From a virus: DNA of 64,000 nucleotides. Numbering within the stretch: the stretch's first letter is position 1; every line of letters starts with the position of its first letter. The notes under the pieces are model-generated. The model saw nothing but the letters and a program-made list of their open reading frames with translations. It did no database searches and had not been told where the DNA came from. The position numbers and the translations under genes are program-made. Where the stretch lies: IMG/VR virus record IMGVR_UViG_3300022745_000020, positions 64,001-128,000 of that record; one strand, 5' to 3'. Positions 10,015 through 20,353 of the stretch are shown one piece after another.

Positions 10015-10626
10015 TTAGAGCTTACTGGTGATATAGGCTTGTAGCTCAGAGATGGTCTGGGCTTGATTGGTGCACAGCAGCTGCAACTCATTGAGCCTGA
10101 CGAGATTGTTCTTGGGCTGCGCAGCGACCGTAGAGCGATGTGTGCTCAAAGCACGATGCTGATCTACGGTGAGTGTGATGTCTGCACCATAGCTCACTTC
10201 CTGTATGGTGCACTCGATGCCTAATCGAGATACTATCAGATCTGAGATATCTTGCTTCAGTGCTTGTAAATCGATGTCAGCCGGTAGTGCGTTGAGCACT
10301 ACGCTGAGAGCGCGCATCAAGTAGACGACCCCACCTGGATCGGGCAATCCCCTCACATAGCTGGAGGGGACTTTGACGACTTGCCCTGCATAGGACTGCA
10401 AAGCGATGATGCGCACATCACTGCTGTAATCGATCTCATAGATCTCTTTAGACACGCCATAGGGCTTGTAGTACAGCTCGTAGGGGTCCTCCCCACTGGC
10501 GACCAATCCGCGCAGCGTAGACACCTGTAGGCACTCGTAGATCACCCCAGCCAATATCACCGTGTCATACGGGGGCAGTGCCTCAAAGGTACCCCTCATG
10601 CCAGCTTCAGCAAACAAGTTACTCAT
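10015..10626 (-). CDS. Conserved phiKZ-like hypothetical/virion protein
   Basis: 203-aa ORF, G.F....P....., DPY..YY.PYG and VPSSY motifs; in the virion gene block. Confidence 0.45.
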   Translation of the reverse strand: MSNLFAEAGMRGTFEALPPYDTVILAGVIYECLQVSTLRGLVASGEDPYELYYKPYGVSKEIYEIDYSSDVRIIALQSYAGQVVKVPSSYVRGLPDPGGVVYLMRALSVVLNALPADIDLQALKQDISDLIVSRLGIECTIQEVSYGADITLTVDQHRALSTHRSTVAAQPKNNLVRLNELQLLCTNQAQTISELQAYITSKL

Positions 10627-10640
10627 GATTCACCCGTGTC

Positions 10641-11951
10641 TTAGCTCTGTGGTACAGAGGCCTTACTGGCTACGAGGTAGACCACATCCTCATAGGTCAA
10701 AGTGAGATAGAGTACACCGTCTCTCACACTCTTCTTATACGTATTAGGTATGTCGGTGGTGGAGGTCATGTCTTGGGCGATGGTCAACATCGCACTCAAG
10801 TGCCTCAGTAGCGTCTGAGTGCTCACACTCATGCGACCGAAGTCAGTACTCATACTGCCTACGGACAAGATATCTGAATGAAAATCCGTCATCAGGTACT
10901 TACTGGATCGGTTTTGAGCATTGCCGATACAAGCGAGCAAGATGTTGTAAAACGGATGAGGCAGTGTCTGAGCGTATGCATCGATGTGGGATGATGGATA
11001 GCCCTTGATGACTTTCTTCAAATAGGCGAGCATACTCGATACTGTGCAAGCTTGGCTGTAGATGCCAGGCGTGATCGTGCGAGGGGCTACCGCATAATTG
11101 TACCATAGAGGCACGATCATGAACTCAGTGACACTGAAGATATCGGGGAAGATCGCTTTCCAAGTCGACAGTGCACTGGTGCTGTTAGAGGATAGATACC
11201 CCACCACAGCGGCTCGGATCAAATCCTCGCTGTTGCCAGCTGGGCCATAGACCAGCACTGTCCAGTATGTGCGAGTGGAGATGGTGGGATTGGCCTTATT
11301 GACCAAGCTGTACATCTGAGAGACCATGAGCGACTCTGGATAGTCACCTCGCGCTGCCTGGATCTGAGCGTATGTCTGAGAGGGATTGACCTGACTCAGT
11401 GCAGTCACTGCACCCGTGTAGTCTGTCTGTAGCGTATCGATGTTTGCCACAGGTGGCACCACCACGAGCTCATACTCGTCGTACTCTTGAATGAACGCTG
11501 TGTTATTGAACCACAGCTTGACTGAGTTGGTCTCCGTGGTATAGCTCGAACACGTAAACGAGATGGAAGTCGGATAGGTATGTCCCGTCACACTCACTGA
11601 CATAGTGGGCACGATGATGTCAGTGATCTGAGAGGAGTATTGAGCAGTCAGTGCCAGTTTAAACTCGTTAACTGACTCAGCTGCACCCAAAGCACCTTGC
11701 CTCTGATGCACCCAAGCAGCCACAGACTTGACCACATCGACCACAGCCCCCGGTGGGGGGATGCGAGCATCGGCCACAGTCGAGCGTGAGCTAAAGCACA
11801 GCACACTCGCAGACGATCCAGCTGTGCTGTAGGTCTTGATCTCACGGGAGAAGGTATGTCCATAGGGACTAAGTTCCCCCACATCGGCCGTGACACCGTC
11901 GGTGTTACTGACCAATGTGGGGATGTCGACAAAGCCTTTAAACGTATACAT
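10641..11951 (-). CDS. phiKZ-like virion structural protein
   Basis: MYTFKGF..., GELS....TFS, W..IFPDIF..TEF.IVPLW motifs; RBS agga. Confidence 0.55.
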   Translation of the reverse strand: MYTFKGFVDIPTLVSNTDGVTADVGELSPYGHTFSREIKTYSTAGSSASVLCFSSRSTVADARIPPPGAVVDVVKSVAAWVHQRQGALGAAESVNEFKLALTAQYSSQITDIIVPTMSVSVTGHTYPTSISFTCSSYTTETNSVKLWFNNTAFIQEYDEYELVVVPPVANIDTLQTDYTGAVTALSQVNPSQTYAQIQAARGDYPESLMVSQMYSLVNKANPTISTRTYWTVLVYGPAGNSEDLIRAAVVGYLSSNSTSALSTWKAIFPDIFSVTEFMIVPLWYNYAVAPRTITPGIYSQACTVSSMLAYLKKVIKGYPSSHIDAYAQTLPHPFYNILLACIGNAQNRSSKYLMTDFHSDILSVGSMSTDFGRMSVSTQTLLRHLSAMLTIAQDMTSTTDIPNTYKKSVRDGVLYLTLTYEDVVYLVASKASVPQS

Positions 11952-12061
11952 GTGTAGTCCTATCTATCGAAAATACCGTTAGATTATTGATGAGAAATCC
12001 AGTGATCACTCATCTCAACCGATGGGTCTACAATGCAACTATTAGTAAAGAGCTGGGAAAT

Positions 12062-12469
12062 ATGCTAGAAATTTTATTAAAAACCATCGTATCGCTGTTG
12101 CCATTTGTCAAGGAGTGGTTATTCGGGGGTCCTAAAAAGAGCAGTCGAGTCGATATTGAATCTAAACTACTGACGCTCAAAAAGATTCTGATCTTGGTAG
12201 TCTGCGCCTCACTGGTGAGCGTGGTCTACTTGGTAGAAAGACTGTGGACCATCACCAGAAAGTACGAGCAAGTGCTCACCAAGGATAAGGTCGACAAAGC
12301 CACTGCTGCTAAACCCAGTTCATCATCACCTGCGGTCACCACGACCATGGACGATAGAGTGGTGGCTACGTGTACGACCACACCACCGACTCCAGCTACC
12401 TCCACCACACGCAGACAGCGACTGGATGATTACTCCTCCGTCGTCAAAGAACTCAAGGATTCGCAATAA
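12062..12469 (+). CDS. Membrane protein, candidate i-spanin or holin-like protein
   Basis: Hydrophobic segment ILILVVCASLVSVVYLV; TAATG overlap with a lipoprotein gene; ATG at 12062 chosen over track start 11987. Confidence 0.45.
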   Translation: MLEILLKTIVSLLPFVKEWLFGGPKKSSRVDIESKLLTLKKILILVVCASLVSVVYLVERLWTITRKYEQVLTKDKVDKATAAKPSSSSPAVTTTMDDRVVATCTTTPPTPATSTTRRQRLDDYSSVVKELKDSQ

Positions 12470-12801
12470 TGTTCACGTATATCCGACAGATGGTCATCTT
12501 GAGCAGCGCTTGCCTAATTGTCTTGCCTCTATTGGGCAGCTGCGCTGTGCGCATCCACATCCAGACTCCTGCTGCAGATGACTCAGTCAAGCTCCTCAAG
12601 CACTGTGAACTCACCAAGTGGCCCTCACCTATAGAGTTACCTAAGCTCGATATCCCCGCCTATGAGGCCATGGTGCGTGTCAACCCAGTAGCAGCCACCT
12701 CTATGCTCACCGCCCATATCAAAGAGCTTAGAAACTTAATTAAGGATCACGCTCGCTCTATGGAAGACCTCAGACAAGAGTATGAGAGTGTATGCAGATA
12801 A
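12469..12801 (+). CDS. Lipoprotein, candidate o-spanin
   Basis: Signal peptide with lipobox LLGS-C, Pro-rich segment, C-terminal coiled coil ending in Cys. Confidence 0.5.
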   Translation: MFTYIRQMVILSSACLIVLPLLGSCAVRIHIQTPAADDSVKLLKHCELTKWPSPIELPKLDIPAYEAMVRVNPVAATSMLTAHIKELRNLIKDHARSMEDLRQEYESVCR

Positions 12802-12877
12802 TAAAAACTGAGTATGGGCATAGAGTGTAGAAAACGACTCGCCCATCCTCCATACCAACTCTCCCCCCTACCCCATC

Positions 12878-14338
12878 ATGAGTGAACCCGCCACCGTCCC
12901 CACTGCAGCTGTAATCTACACCGACGGGGGCGCGCGCCCCACCAATCCGGGCTATGCAGGATATGGCTTCCATGGCTACGTCTATACGAATGAGCCCACC
13001 ACCAAGGGCAGTGGCAACACCAAGTGGATACTCACCGATCAAGGCTACTCACTCAAGACTCAGAAACCCGGGCAAAACAGTGAGGCTCCCGATAAAGCCT
13101 CATCGGTCAACGTACAGTCCTACGTGAATGGCTTCGGCACCGTCGATGGCATCACCACCAACAACGTGGCTGAAGTCGTAGGACTGACCAGAGCCATCGA
13201 CTGGGTGGCCTCTCAGGACATCCACGATGTGAAGTTCTACACGGACAATAAAGGTGTGGTAGAAGCTGCGACCTCCTGGATCCAGAAGTGGGAGAACAAT
13301 GGCTGGGTAAAGTCTAATGGGGAGCCTGTAGCTAATAAGCAGTATCTGATCAATTTGAGTGAGTCGATGAAGCGACTCCAGCAAAAAGTACCCTCCATCG
13401 AATACCGCTGGATCAAGGGGCACAACGGAGATCTGGGCAATGAGTCCAGTGATCGACTCGCCACTCTGGGCACACTCATGGCCATGACTGGCCAGCAGCA
13501 GCATGAGGTCGATCTCACCCCTGCTCAAGGTTACTGGTCTAAGAAGGTGGAGCGCCCAGTGCTCATGGACATGAAAGCTCTGTACTTCTTGTCCGACTCC
13601 AAGACCAATCAAGAAGGGGAGTACTATATAGGCACACACACTGACGATGAGATGCTCGGTGTCAAAGGAGCCGATGCACGCTTTGGATATGTGCGCTTGG
13701 CTACGCCCGATCCAGCCATCGAGTCTGTGCGCACACACGTCTACTCCCACCAGAGCGATCACATCAGTCTGTGCCAGATCTTACTCAATAAACTCTTCAA
13801 GCGAGAGGAGTATGTCATGCTCACTGAGCGAGGCTATCGGGCACTATACCGATCCAAACCCACTCAGCTGAACTTCAACTACCTCGATAAAGAGCCAGTG
13901 GTCACTGAGTTTCATCCCCCCTACTTAGCCCATCGGGCAGTAGAGCAACTCAATGAGCTCAAAGGCATCTACTTGAGTCTCAAAGATGGCTCTAAAGATC
14001 TCTACATCAAAGACATCACCGATGAGATCTACTCGACTCACCCTAAGAAAGGAGCCATGCTCAAGCCCATGATTGGCTCAGGCCTGGTGGAGTTGACGAT
14101 CAAAATCGACATCTCCAAAGAGCAGTCAGTGAGTGTGAAGATCCAACTCGGACACGATTGCCTGAGTAGAAATGCACTCAAGCACATCGAAGATAAACAC
14201 CCCAAGATCCAAGTGTTGTGCTGGAGACTCACCGATCAGCATTTTCGCTACGCCACCTACGTACACACCGATGATGGAGATGGCGTCTATGCAGCGCATG
14301 TATCTAATTCAGTGTGGATAAAACCAATCATCTCTTGA
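12878..14338 (+). CDS. rnhA: Ribonuclease HI (phiKZ gp155-like, C-terminally extended)
   Basis: YTDGGA, TNNVAE, YTDN, WIKGH..D.GNE..D.LA catalytic motifs. Confidence 0.9.
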   Translation: MSEPATVPTAAVIYTDGGARPTNPGYAGYGFHGYVYTNEPTTKGSGNTKWILTDQGYSLKTQKPGQNSEAPDKASSVNVQSYVNGFGTVDGITTNNVAEVVGLTRAIDWVASQDIHDVKFYTDNKGVVEAATSWIQKWENNGWVKSNGEPVANKQYLINLSESMKRLQQKVPSIEYRWIKGHNGDLGNESSDRLATLGTLMAMTGQQQHEVDLTPAQGYWSKKVERPVLMDMKALYFLSDSKTNQEGEYYIGTHTDDEMLGVKGADARFGYVRLATPDPAIESVRTHVYSHQSDHISLCQILLNKLFKREEYVMLTERGYRALYRSKPTQLNFNYLDKEPVVTEFHPPYLAHRAVEQLNELKGIYLSLKDGSKDLYIKDITDEIYSTHPKKGAMLKPMIGSGLVELTIKIDISKEQSVSVKIQLGHDCLSRNALKHIEDKHPKIQVLCWRLTDQHFRYATYVHTDDGDGVYAAHVSNSVWIKPIIS

Positions 14339-14423
14339 TGAGACTTAGCGCTCACTGCACTGAGCACGACCGTGTCTTCTTTTTGGTCTAAGTTTTCTTT
14401 TTTGTCTCGCGTAGTAACTGATC

Positions 14424-14846
14424 ATGAACCCCACCACAGCACTGACTCCTGAACCATCATTCCTGATGCGATTATTCTTCATGTGTATGCCCAAGTGGCT
14501 ACAAAGAGCTGTGGTGCTGTGCTCATTCGCTACGCGCTATGCTCATGTCAGCAGCGATGACAAGGAAGTACTACATCGCTTAAACAACATCTTTGATTTA
14601 GTCAGCAGTGAAGACGCATTGAAGTTACCGATGAACGTCAGTCATCTGGTATGGGTCGATGATACCATCATGCAACCCATCATTGAGAGTGTGCGAAGTA
14701 ATCGCGATGAGAGTACCTTGGCCACATATGCGGCATATGTGGTCGATCGACTGCCTAAGTGTCTGCGCTACACCGAGCGGGATGATATGGTCAATGACTT
14801 TACACAGCTGTTTACTGAATTTCCTTGCCTGAGCGCTGCTCACTGA
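14424..14846 (+). CDS. Hypothetical protein
   Basis: 140-aa ORF between RNase H and a hairpin. Confidence 0.55.
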   Translation: MNPTTALTPEPSFLMRLFFMCMPKWLQRAVVLCSFATRYAHVSSDDKEVLHRLNNIFDLVSSEDALKLPMNVSHLVWVDDTIMQPIIESVRSNRDESTLATYAAYVVDRLPKCLRYTERDDMVNDFTQLFTEFPCLSAAH

Positions 14847-14861
14847 GATGCATGTATGCAT

Positions 14862-14913
14862 ACACACTCCCCTCCACAGCCTACTATGACAGTGGCTGTG
14901 GAGGGGAGTGTGT
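14862..14913. terminator. 20-bp inverted repeat between convergent genes
   Basis: acacactcccctccacagcc / ggctgtggaggggagtgtgt. Confidence 0.7.
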
Positions 14914-14925
14914 GTCTATCTGTAC

Positions 14926-15753
14926 TTAGCTGTAGATCTCGCTGATGCTTTGCATGGTGTTTTGCACTGCGCCTTGCAGAGCCAGAATGCGAAAATGTAC
15001 ATCACTGTACATTTGCAGCTCTTGAGCTACATAGAAAGTGTAGTCTCCGAGCTTGTGAGCTGTTTGCTTGCTCAGGTGCTTGGAGTCCTCACGTCCGTAT
15101 TGACTGGCGATTACGTTAGCCAGATCTACACCTTGAGAGATTTTACTCTTCAAGTTAGCTCGGTTCACACTTTGCACATCGCAGATGAGCTGGTGTATAG
15201 TCTTAAACACCGCAGGCCAGTCTCCATGGCGAGAAATCACTTCTCCGATGGTGGATTCAGACTTGGTGCAACCCTTAGCAAAATAGTGAGAGATCTCTTT
15301 GTAGAGTGCTTCTCGCTCATGCGTGTGGCGTGTAAACATCGAAGCATCATCTCGTGCACTCTCAGCGACCTTGGGGTCACTGACGACTTGACTCATGAAG
15401 AAGATATAAGGATCGATGACAGTCTTCTCCACCATCTTCACATGTGCACTCATCTTCAGCAGCGCATGGGCGTAAGGTAGATACATCCCCACCAGACCTT
15501 GGGGTGTGTAAGCGCGCACACGAGTCATCGATGCATATGGGACGCCATCGAGCACTTTGATGAAGTTGCGTTGATCTTGAGGCAGCTCTTTGATATCGGG
15601 TAAGTCAGCTGCTGAGCCTGCGAATTTAAATGTGTCAGTGATATGACTCATGAAGCTCTTGAAAGCTGCAGAGCCCTGTACGAAGAATTCACTGACGACG
15701 TTCTCCAAGGCGAGTTGATGCTGCTCATAGGCAGCGACATCGATGTGTTGCAT
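14926..15753 (-). CDS. Probable internal head protein
   Basis: N-terminal ALE site matching the A-x-E prohead-protease cleavage motif; lies between RNase H and UvsX as in phiKZ-like phages. Confidence 0.5.
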   Translation of the reverse strand: MQHIDVAAYEQHQLALENVVSEFFVQGSAAFKSFMSHITDTFKFAGSAADLPDIKELPQDQRNFIKVLDGVPYASMTRVRAYTPQGLVGMYLPYAHALLKMSAHVKMVEKTVIDPYIFFMSQVVSDPKVAESARDDASMFTRHTHEREALYKEISHYFAKGCTKSESTIGEVISRHGDWPAVFKTIHQLICDVQSVNRANLKSKISQGVDLANVIASQYGREDSKHLSKQTAHKLGDYTFYVAQELQMYSDVHFRILALQGAVQNTMQSISEIYS

Positions 15754-15928
15754 GAGTCCAGTCCTCTATCGGTGTAGGTGTATAGGAAGTAAGAGAGAAA
15801 AAGAGAAAACTTACAGCGCTTGGTTATCTGATGTGTGCCAGGCAGGCAAAGTAGTGACTAGAGCAAGCATTGGCTCGATACATTCACTGGATTATCTCTC
15901 TTAGGCAAAGCGAAGGAAAACATAAACC

Positions 15929-17392
15929 ATGGCTAAGATCTCTTTGAGTTTCATGCCCGACATCGAAGTTATCCCTGAGGTCAGACATCTGTACAACGTA
16001 GGTGCTCTGCTCGATATCCCCACAGGCATCTATCTGCCTGGACGTATGGGAGAATCCATCCTCAATGGTGGAGTGGGCATGCTCACAGGTGTCGTAGGTC
16101 GCCCCAACACGTACAAGTCCGCTGAGATGGACTACATGGCCATGTCTGCCATGTCTGCATTCCCCGGTACGTTCTACGGCATCTATGACACTGAAATCAA
16201 CAAGACTGCTCAGCGACTGGCTCAACTATCCAAGCACATCGATGCACTCAAACATGTCGATCTGATCGCTGAGAAGATGGTGCGCATCACCGACAAGACC
16301 CAACTCTCAGCCACTGAGTGGTATGAGAAGGTCAAGGAGCAGATGGCCGCTAAGATAAAGCATCGCAAGGACATCTTGATAGATCTACCCTTTGCCACCA
16401 AATCAGGTATTCCCCTGCAGATCCCATTGCCCACCTATCAAGGCGTGGACTCACTCAGTGAATTCGTCACCGATGATGTGGAGCAAATGCAAGATGAGAA
16501 CGAGCTCGGTGACAGCGGAGCCAACACCATGCACATGCGACAAGGTGCCGCTAAGACACGGTTCTTGTCCGATGTGATTCGCAGAGCCAGTGAGAGTAAC
16601 ACAGCGTTTCTCATGTCCGCTCACGTCGGACAAATCATCGGCATGGATCCGAGACAGCCTCCCCCTAAGCAACTCCAATACCTGAAAAACGGCGATGTCA
16701 TCAAAGGTGTGTCGTCTAAGTTCTTGTACCTGACCACCGTGTGCTGGCAGACAGTATCCAGTACAGTCTTGCTCAATGACAGCACCAAGGCTGCAGAGTA
16801 TCCCAAGGAGCAAGGCAGTGGCTTCAAAGGTGAGACTGATTTGAACCTAGTGACACTATCTACGTTGCGCAATAAGAATGGCCCCAGTGGAGGGGCCATG
16901 ATCCAGCATGTGGTCTCTCAGCAAGAAGGTGTGTTGCCCTCGCTCAGTGAATTTCACTACATCAAGAGTGCTGACCGCTATGGCTTGGAAGGCTCCTTGC
17001 AAAACTACAGCCTGACACTGCTGCCCTCAGTGGCACTGTCGCGCACCAAAGTGCGCGAGAAGATCGACTCCGATGCCAAGCTGCGTCGAGCCATCCGCAT
17101 CACCTCAGAGCTGCTGCAAATCAACTTGCTGTACAACTACCTCGACGAAGACTTGTACTGCGACCCCAAGCAGCTCTATGAGGGCATCAAAGCCCGAGGC
17201 TACGACTGGGACATCCTCCTCAACAGCCGAGGTAATTGGTGCGCCGATCACTATGATCAACCCATCCCCTACCTCAGCACGATGGATCTTATGAAAATGC
17301 GCGTCGGGCGCTACCATCCATTTTGGTTGGCTGCTGACAACAAAACCGTCCTCAAACCCAGCGAGTATGTGAAGTATACCGCATCAGCTTAA
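15929..17392 (+). CDS. uvsX: UvsX/RecA-like recombinase (phiKZ gp152-like)
   Basis: LLDIPTG, Walker A variant GRPNTYKS, YDTE, DSLSEF, RNKNGPSG. Confidence 0.8.
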   Translation: MAKISLSFMPDIEVIPEVRHLYNVGALLDIPTGIYLPGRMGESILNGGVGMLTGVVGRPNTYKSAEMDYMAMSAMSAFPGTFYGIYDTEINKTAQRLAQLSKHIDALKHVDLIAEKMVRITDKTQLSATEWYEKVKEQMAAKIKHRKDILIDLPFATKSGIPLQIPLPTYQGVDSLSEFVTDDVEQMQDENELGDSGANTMHMRQGAAKTRFLSDVIRRASESNTAFLMSAHVGQIIGMDPRQPPPKQLQYLKNGDVIKGVSSKFLYLTTVCWQTVSSTVLLNDSTKAAEYPKEQGSGFKGETDLNLVTLSTLRNKNGPSGGAMIQHVVSQQEGVLPSLSEFHYIKSADRYGLEGSLQNYSLTLLPSVALSRTKVREKIDSDAKLRRAIRITSELLQINLLYNYLDEDLYCDPKQLYEGIKARGYDWDILLNSRGNWCADHYDQPIPYLSTMDLMKMRVGRYHPFWLAADNKTVLKPSEYVKYTASA

Positions 17393-17406
17393 AAAAGGAG
17401 TGCGAT

Positions 17407-17739
17407 ATGCACCACCACCAGGGGGAGACCTCCATCCCCACTCAAGAAGATTTGGTCAGTCTGATCACCTCATCCCTGCGTGATGCAGGTCATCCCCAGC
17501 CTCAATTCTGGATCAGTGAGCATGCCGCTCAGACTCTGGCTGAGAGAGATCCCTCCTCTCAAGTCGATGCGGTGCGAGACATCTGGTTGATCTTGCTGTG
17601 CAAGTGCTCTGAGGACACCAGTGCAGCCAGATTTACTCTGAGCTGGGGAGGCGATGACATCGCAGTCTACGCATCGGCTTTTCAGAAGTACGTCTTACCC
17701 GTGGTGATGCAGCACCACGTGGGCTTTGACCCAGCGTAA
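17407..17739 (+). CDS. Hypothetical protein
   Basis: 110-aa ORF with RBS aggag, in the uvsX operon. Confidence 0.6.
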   Translation: MHHHQGETSIPTQEDLVSLITSSLRDAGHPQPQFWISEHAAQTLAERDPSSQVDAVRDIWLILLCKCSEDTSAARFTLSWGGDDIAVYASAFQKYVLPVVMQHHVGFDPA

Positions 17740-17765
17740 TAGAGATAGAGAAAAGGACTTCAATC

Positions 17766-18434
17766 ATGAGTAAACGTCAAGCAGTGACCAAACTCTGTCT
17801 GGAGACCATCGCCAAGATGCTCCCCAACGGAGATAACCTCAAACTCTATCAGAAGAAGTTTGAGGACATGGACGATAAGCAATTCGATGCATTCATGGCT
17901 GACTTGAAAGCCAAGAATACCCGACTCGTGGTGGTCATGCCCAATGGCTCCAAAGAGAAAGTCGATGTCGGACGCAATTTCGAGATCGCTCGCTCTCTCG
18001 GACGAGAGCCCTTCGAGCAAGTCTGGGTACCTGCTACCCAAGGCGCTCGCAAGTACCTCACCCCCATCCCTTACTTGGTCATGCCCATGCCAGTGCGCCG
18101 TCAAGCTCAGATGGTCTCCAAGAAGATCAGCCTGCCCGAGGATGTGAACTCAGTCGATCACGTCACCGGTCAGCCCACTGGTAAATCCAAAGGTGCTAAG
18201 GTATCGGCTCCTGAGGTCAAGGTGCTCGCCAGTATGGGGCTGGATAAGACACTCAATGAGCTCATGAGTATCCGAGCAGGAGACGCTGGTGGATACCGGG
18301 CGCTGTCTACGTTTATTGAGCGCACGGGCTATGCCAGCATCGAGCAAATCGAACCCTATCGCACGGGTGTGAAAGCCACACAGGCGATGAGTCACTACCT
18401 CAAAGCAGCTCACCTGAGCAACAATCTCGTATGA
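17766..18434 (+). CDS. rpoB: Virion RNA polymerase beta subunit, C-terminal part (phiKZ gp149-like)
   Basis: RRQAQMVSKK...DHVTGQPTGKSKGAKVSAPE matches the beta C-terminal TxQP.GGK..GG.R.GEME region. Confidence 0.8.
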   Translation: MSKRQAVTKLCLETIAKMLPNGDNLKLYQKKFEDMDDKQFDAFMADLKAKNTRLVVVMPNGSKEKVDVGRNFEIARSLGREPFEQVWVPATQGARKYLTPIPYLVMPMPVRRQAQMVSKKISLPEDVNSVDHVTGQPTGKSKGAKVSAPEVKVLASMGLDKTLNELMSIRAGDAGGYRALSTFIERTGYASIEQIEPYRTGVKATQAMSHYLKAAHLSNNLV

Positions 18435-19195
18435 CAGCCCAAGCCGACTCCATCCTCGTGGACATCGCCATGCTGCTGGATATGCGCATGGCCTGTGCCC
18501 ACTGGATCAATGAGACCTACAGTGAGCGCCTGGGTAAGATGGGGAGCTACTATGTGCGAGAAAGCGATGAGCTAGACTTGGCTGAGTTCGGTCGTCTATC
18601 GGCCGCTTCAATCAAGCGTATTTTATCGGCTGCAGGTGATGAGGTCATCTGTTTGAGTGTGATGACCGCGTTCACTCGCTTCTTGCAAGAGCTGCTGAAG
18701 GTGCAAACAGAGCTGGCCATGGCTTCTCCCATCGCACCGATTCGCATCATCGATATCAATATCCACCCCTACACGCTCGATGACAAGTCCTGTGAGGAGC
18801 TGTGTGCTGCAGTGCAGTACAACCTCCTACCTTACAGCGTAGAGGTCAAGGTGGTTAACTTGCCCCCAGAGCGCATCACAGCCGGCTATATCAAAGATCG
18901 CTACATGGCCCTGGCCATCTACAACCCAGCCGATTGGATCGAGGTTAATAAGGATGAGTTCCTCAAAGGACAATACCGCTCATTGACTCTGTACACACCT
19001 CGCATCAACCACATCCGAGACCTCACCAGCGCAGAGCGGGAAGAGCTCGATAAACTCTGCGTGGTGGACCTATTTGATCTATTTCGTGACAGTGTAAAAG
19101 CCTACATCCGCATGGAGTACATCCCCATCGCAGCAGTCAGTGCTAATACTCCAGTCAACCCCAATCACACATTCCGTAAACACCTCTGGGCGTGA
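18431..19195 (+). CDS. Conserved phiKZ-like hypothetical protein
   Basis: 254 aa, ATGA overlap with the RNAP subunit gene; ILVD...LLD.R and INIHPY.L motifs. Confidence 0.6.
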   Translation: MTAQADSILVDIAMLLDMRMACAHWINETYSERLGKMGSYYVRESDELDLAEFGRLSAASIKRILSAAGDEVICLSVMTAFTRFLQELLKVQTELAMASPIAPIRIIDINIHPYTLDDKSCEELCAAVQYNLLPYSVEVKVVNLPPERITAGYIKDRYMALAIYNPADWIEVNKDEFLKGQYRSLTLYTPRINHIRDLTSAEREELDKLCVVDLFDLFRDSVKAYIRMEYIPIAAVSANTPVNPNHTFRKHLWA

Positions 19196-19662
19196 TGATG
19201 TCCATCTTGAAATGGTTTACTAGAAAGACCCACACACCCAGTGCCAAGGAGATACTGCACTCCCAGCACGACTGGGTAAAGGGATACCTCGATGGCTATT
19301 TGAATAAACCAATCATCGCTGTGACTGGAGAGCATACTCCTTTGGTGATTGGGTTTTTACTAGGTACTCGTGTGATCGGCGATGGCCTCATGCCTTGTCC
19401 CATCGTGAGTGACTATGTGAGCCTCAATACCCAATTGGCTATAGGGCGCATCTGGCCCTATAGTGACTATATCTTACAAACTCTGTGCAAACTCACACCT
19501 GAGCAGAGGTGGCTATTGATCAACACAGTGGATTCATTTCCCCGTATGCAAATCCCGGTGGTGGGTGATGAGCCTCAAGAGGCAGAGCCCACCTATGAAG
19601 GATACATCGATATCTTGAATCGCAATCATTACTTCGAGCATGTGCTCAAGCAAAAGGCATAA
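19192..19662 (+). CDS. Hypothetical protein
   Basis: 156-aa ORF overlapping the previous stop. Confidence 0.55.
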   Translation: MMMSILKWFTRKTHTPSAKEILHSQHDWVKGYLDGYLNKPIIAVTGEHTPLVIGFLLGTRVIGDGLMPCPIVSDYVSLNTQLAIGRIWPYSDYILQTLCKLTPEQRWLLINTVDSFPRMQIPVVGDEPQEAEPTYEGYIDILNRNHYFEHVLKQKA

Positions 19663-19672
19663 AGATCCACTA

Positions 19673-19708
19673 GACTACCAGACAGGTGCATGCACCTGTC
19701 TGGTAGTC
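19673..19708. terminator. Perfect 36-bp palindrome between convergent genes
   Basis: gactaccagacaggtgca|tgcacctgtctggtagtc. Confidence 0.7.
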
Positions 19709-19712
19709 GGAT

Positions 19713-20138
19713 TCATTTGGCTTTGTTGCTCTCTTGCATGCGTTTCATGAAGGTATCACAGTCCTCGGTGACCACACCTTGATCCATCTCCCCGGGGATG
19801 TAGGATACCTCCACCACGCCATCGGGCAGGCACGGTAGGGCTCGATCGACTGGAGTATCACTGATTCCGATGTTTTTGATCTCAGGTCTCGTGACCAGGT
19901 TAGCCAGCAGACGAGCCGTCTGAGCGTTGATGTCATTGGCCTTCTCATCGACTTTCATTCGCATACGACCTAAGCTCACCTTATCGTTGTCTGCGATGAA
20001 TTTCTGTAAAACCCCCAGCATCTTGACATCTTCGATCAGCTTGTCTTTGTCCTTGAGTAGCAAATCGATCAGATCGTCTCGGATCGTGCGCGAGCGCTGT
20101 AGCTCCATGAGCAGTGGATCTTTATTTGCATCATCCAT
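19713..20138 (-). CDS. Hypothetical protein
   Basis: 141-aa ORF, RBS ggag, C-terminal PGE...G motif. Confidence 0.6.
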   Translation of the reverse strand: MDDANKDPLLMELQRSRTIRDDLIDLLLKDKDKLIEDVKMLGVLQKFIADNDKVSLGRMRMKVDEKANDINAQTARLLANLVTRPEIKNIGISDTPVDRALPCLPDGVVEVSYIPGEMDQGVVTEDCDTFMKRMQESNKAK

Positions 20139-20268
20139 GATTCATTCTCCGTATATGACGTGTATCATTTAAGCGTTAAGTGGCTACTGGAGTGTACTCT
20201 CACAAATAAGATTTGTGAGATGTATCCGTTCACTACATGCGCATACACGAGTATCGGGTACATTGGAA

Positions 20269-20298
20269 AAAATTACAGTCCTATATCATCTACTTGAG
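20269..20298 (+). promoter_or_regulatory. Phage early-type promoter, copy 1
   Basis: aaaat-taca-gtcc-tatatca-tctactt-gag; matches six other copies. Confidence 0.6.
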
Positions 20299-20353
20299 TC
20301 AAACCACTTAAAAGGAGTGATCTCTACTATCTTTTACCACTTACGAGGTAAGC

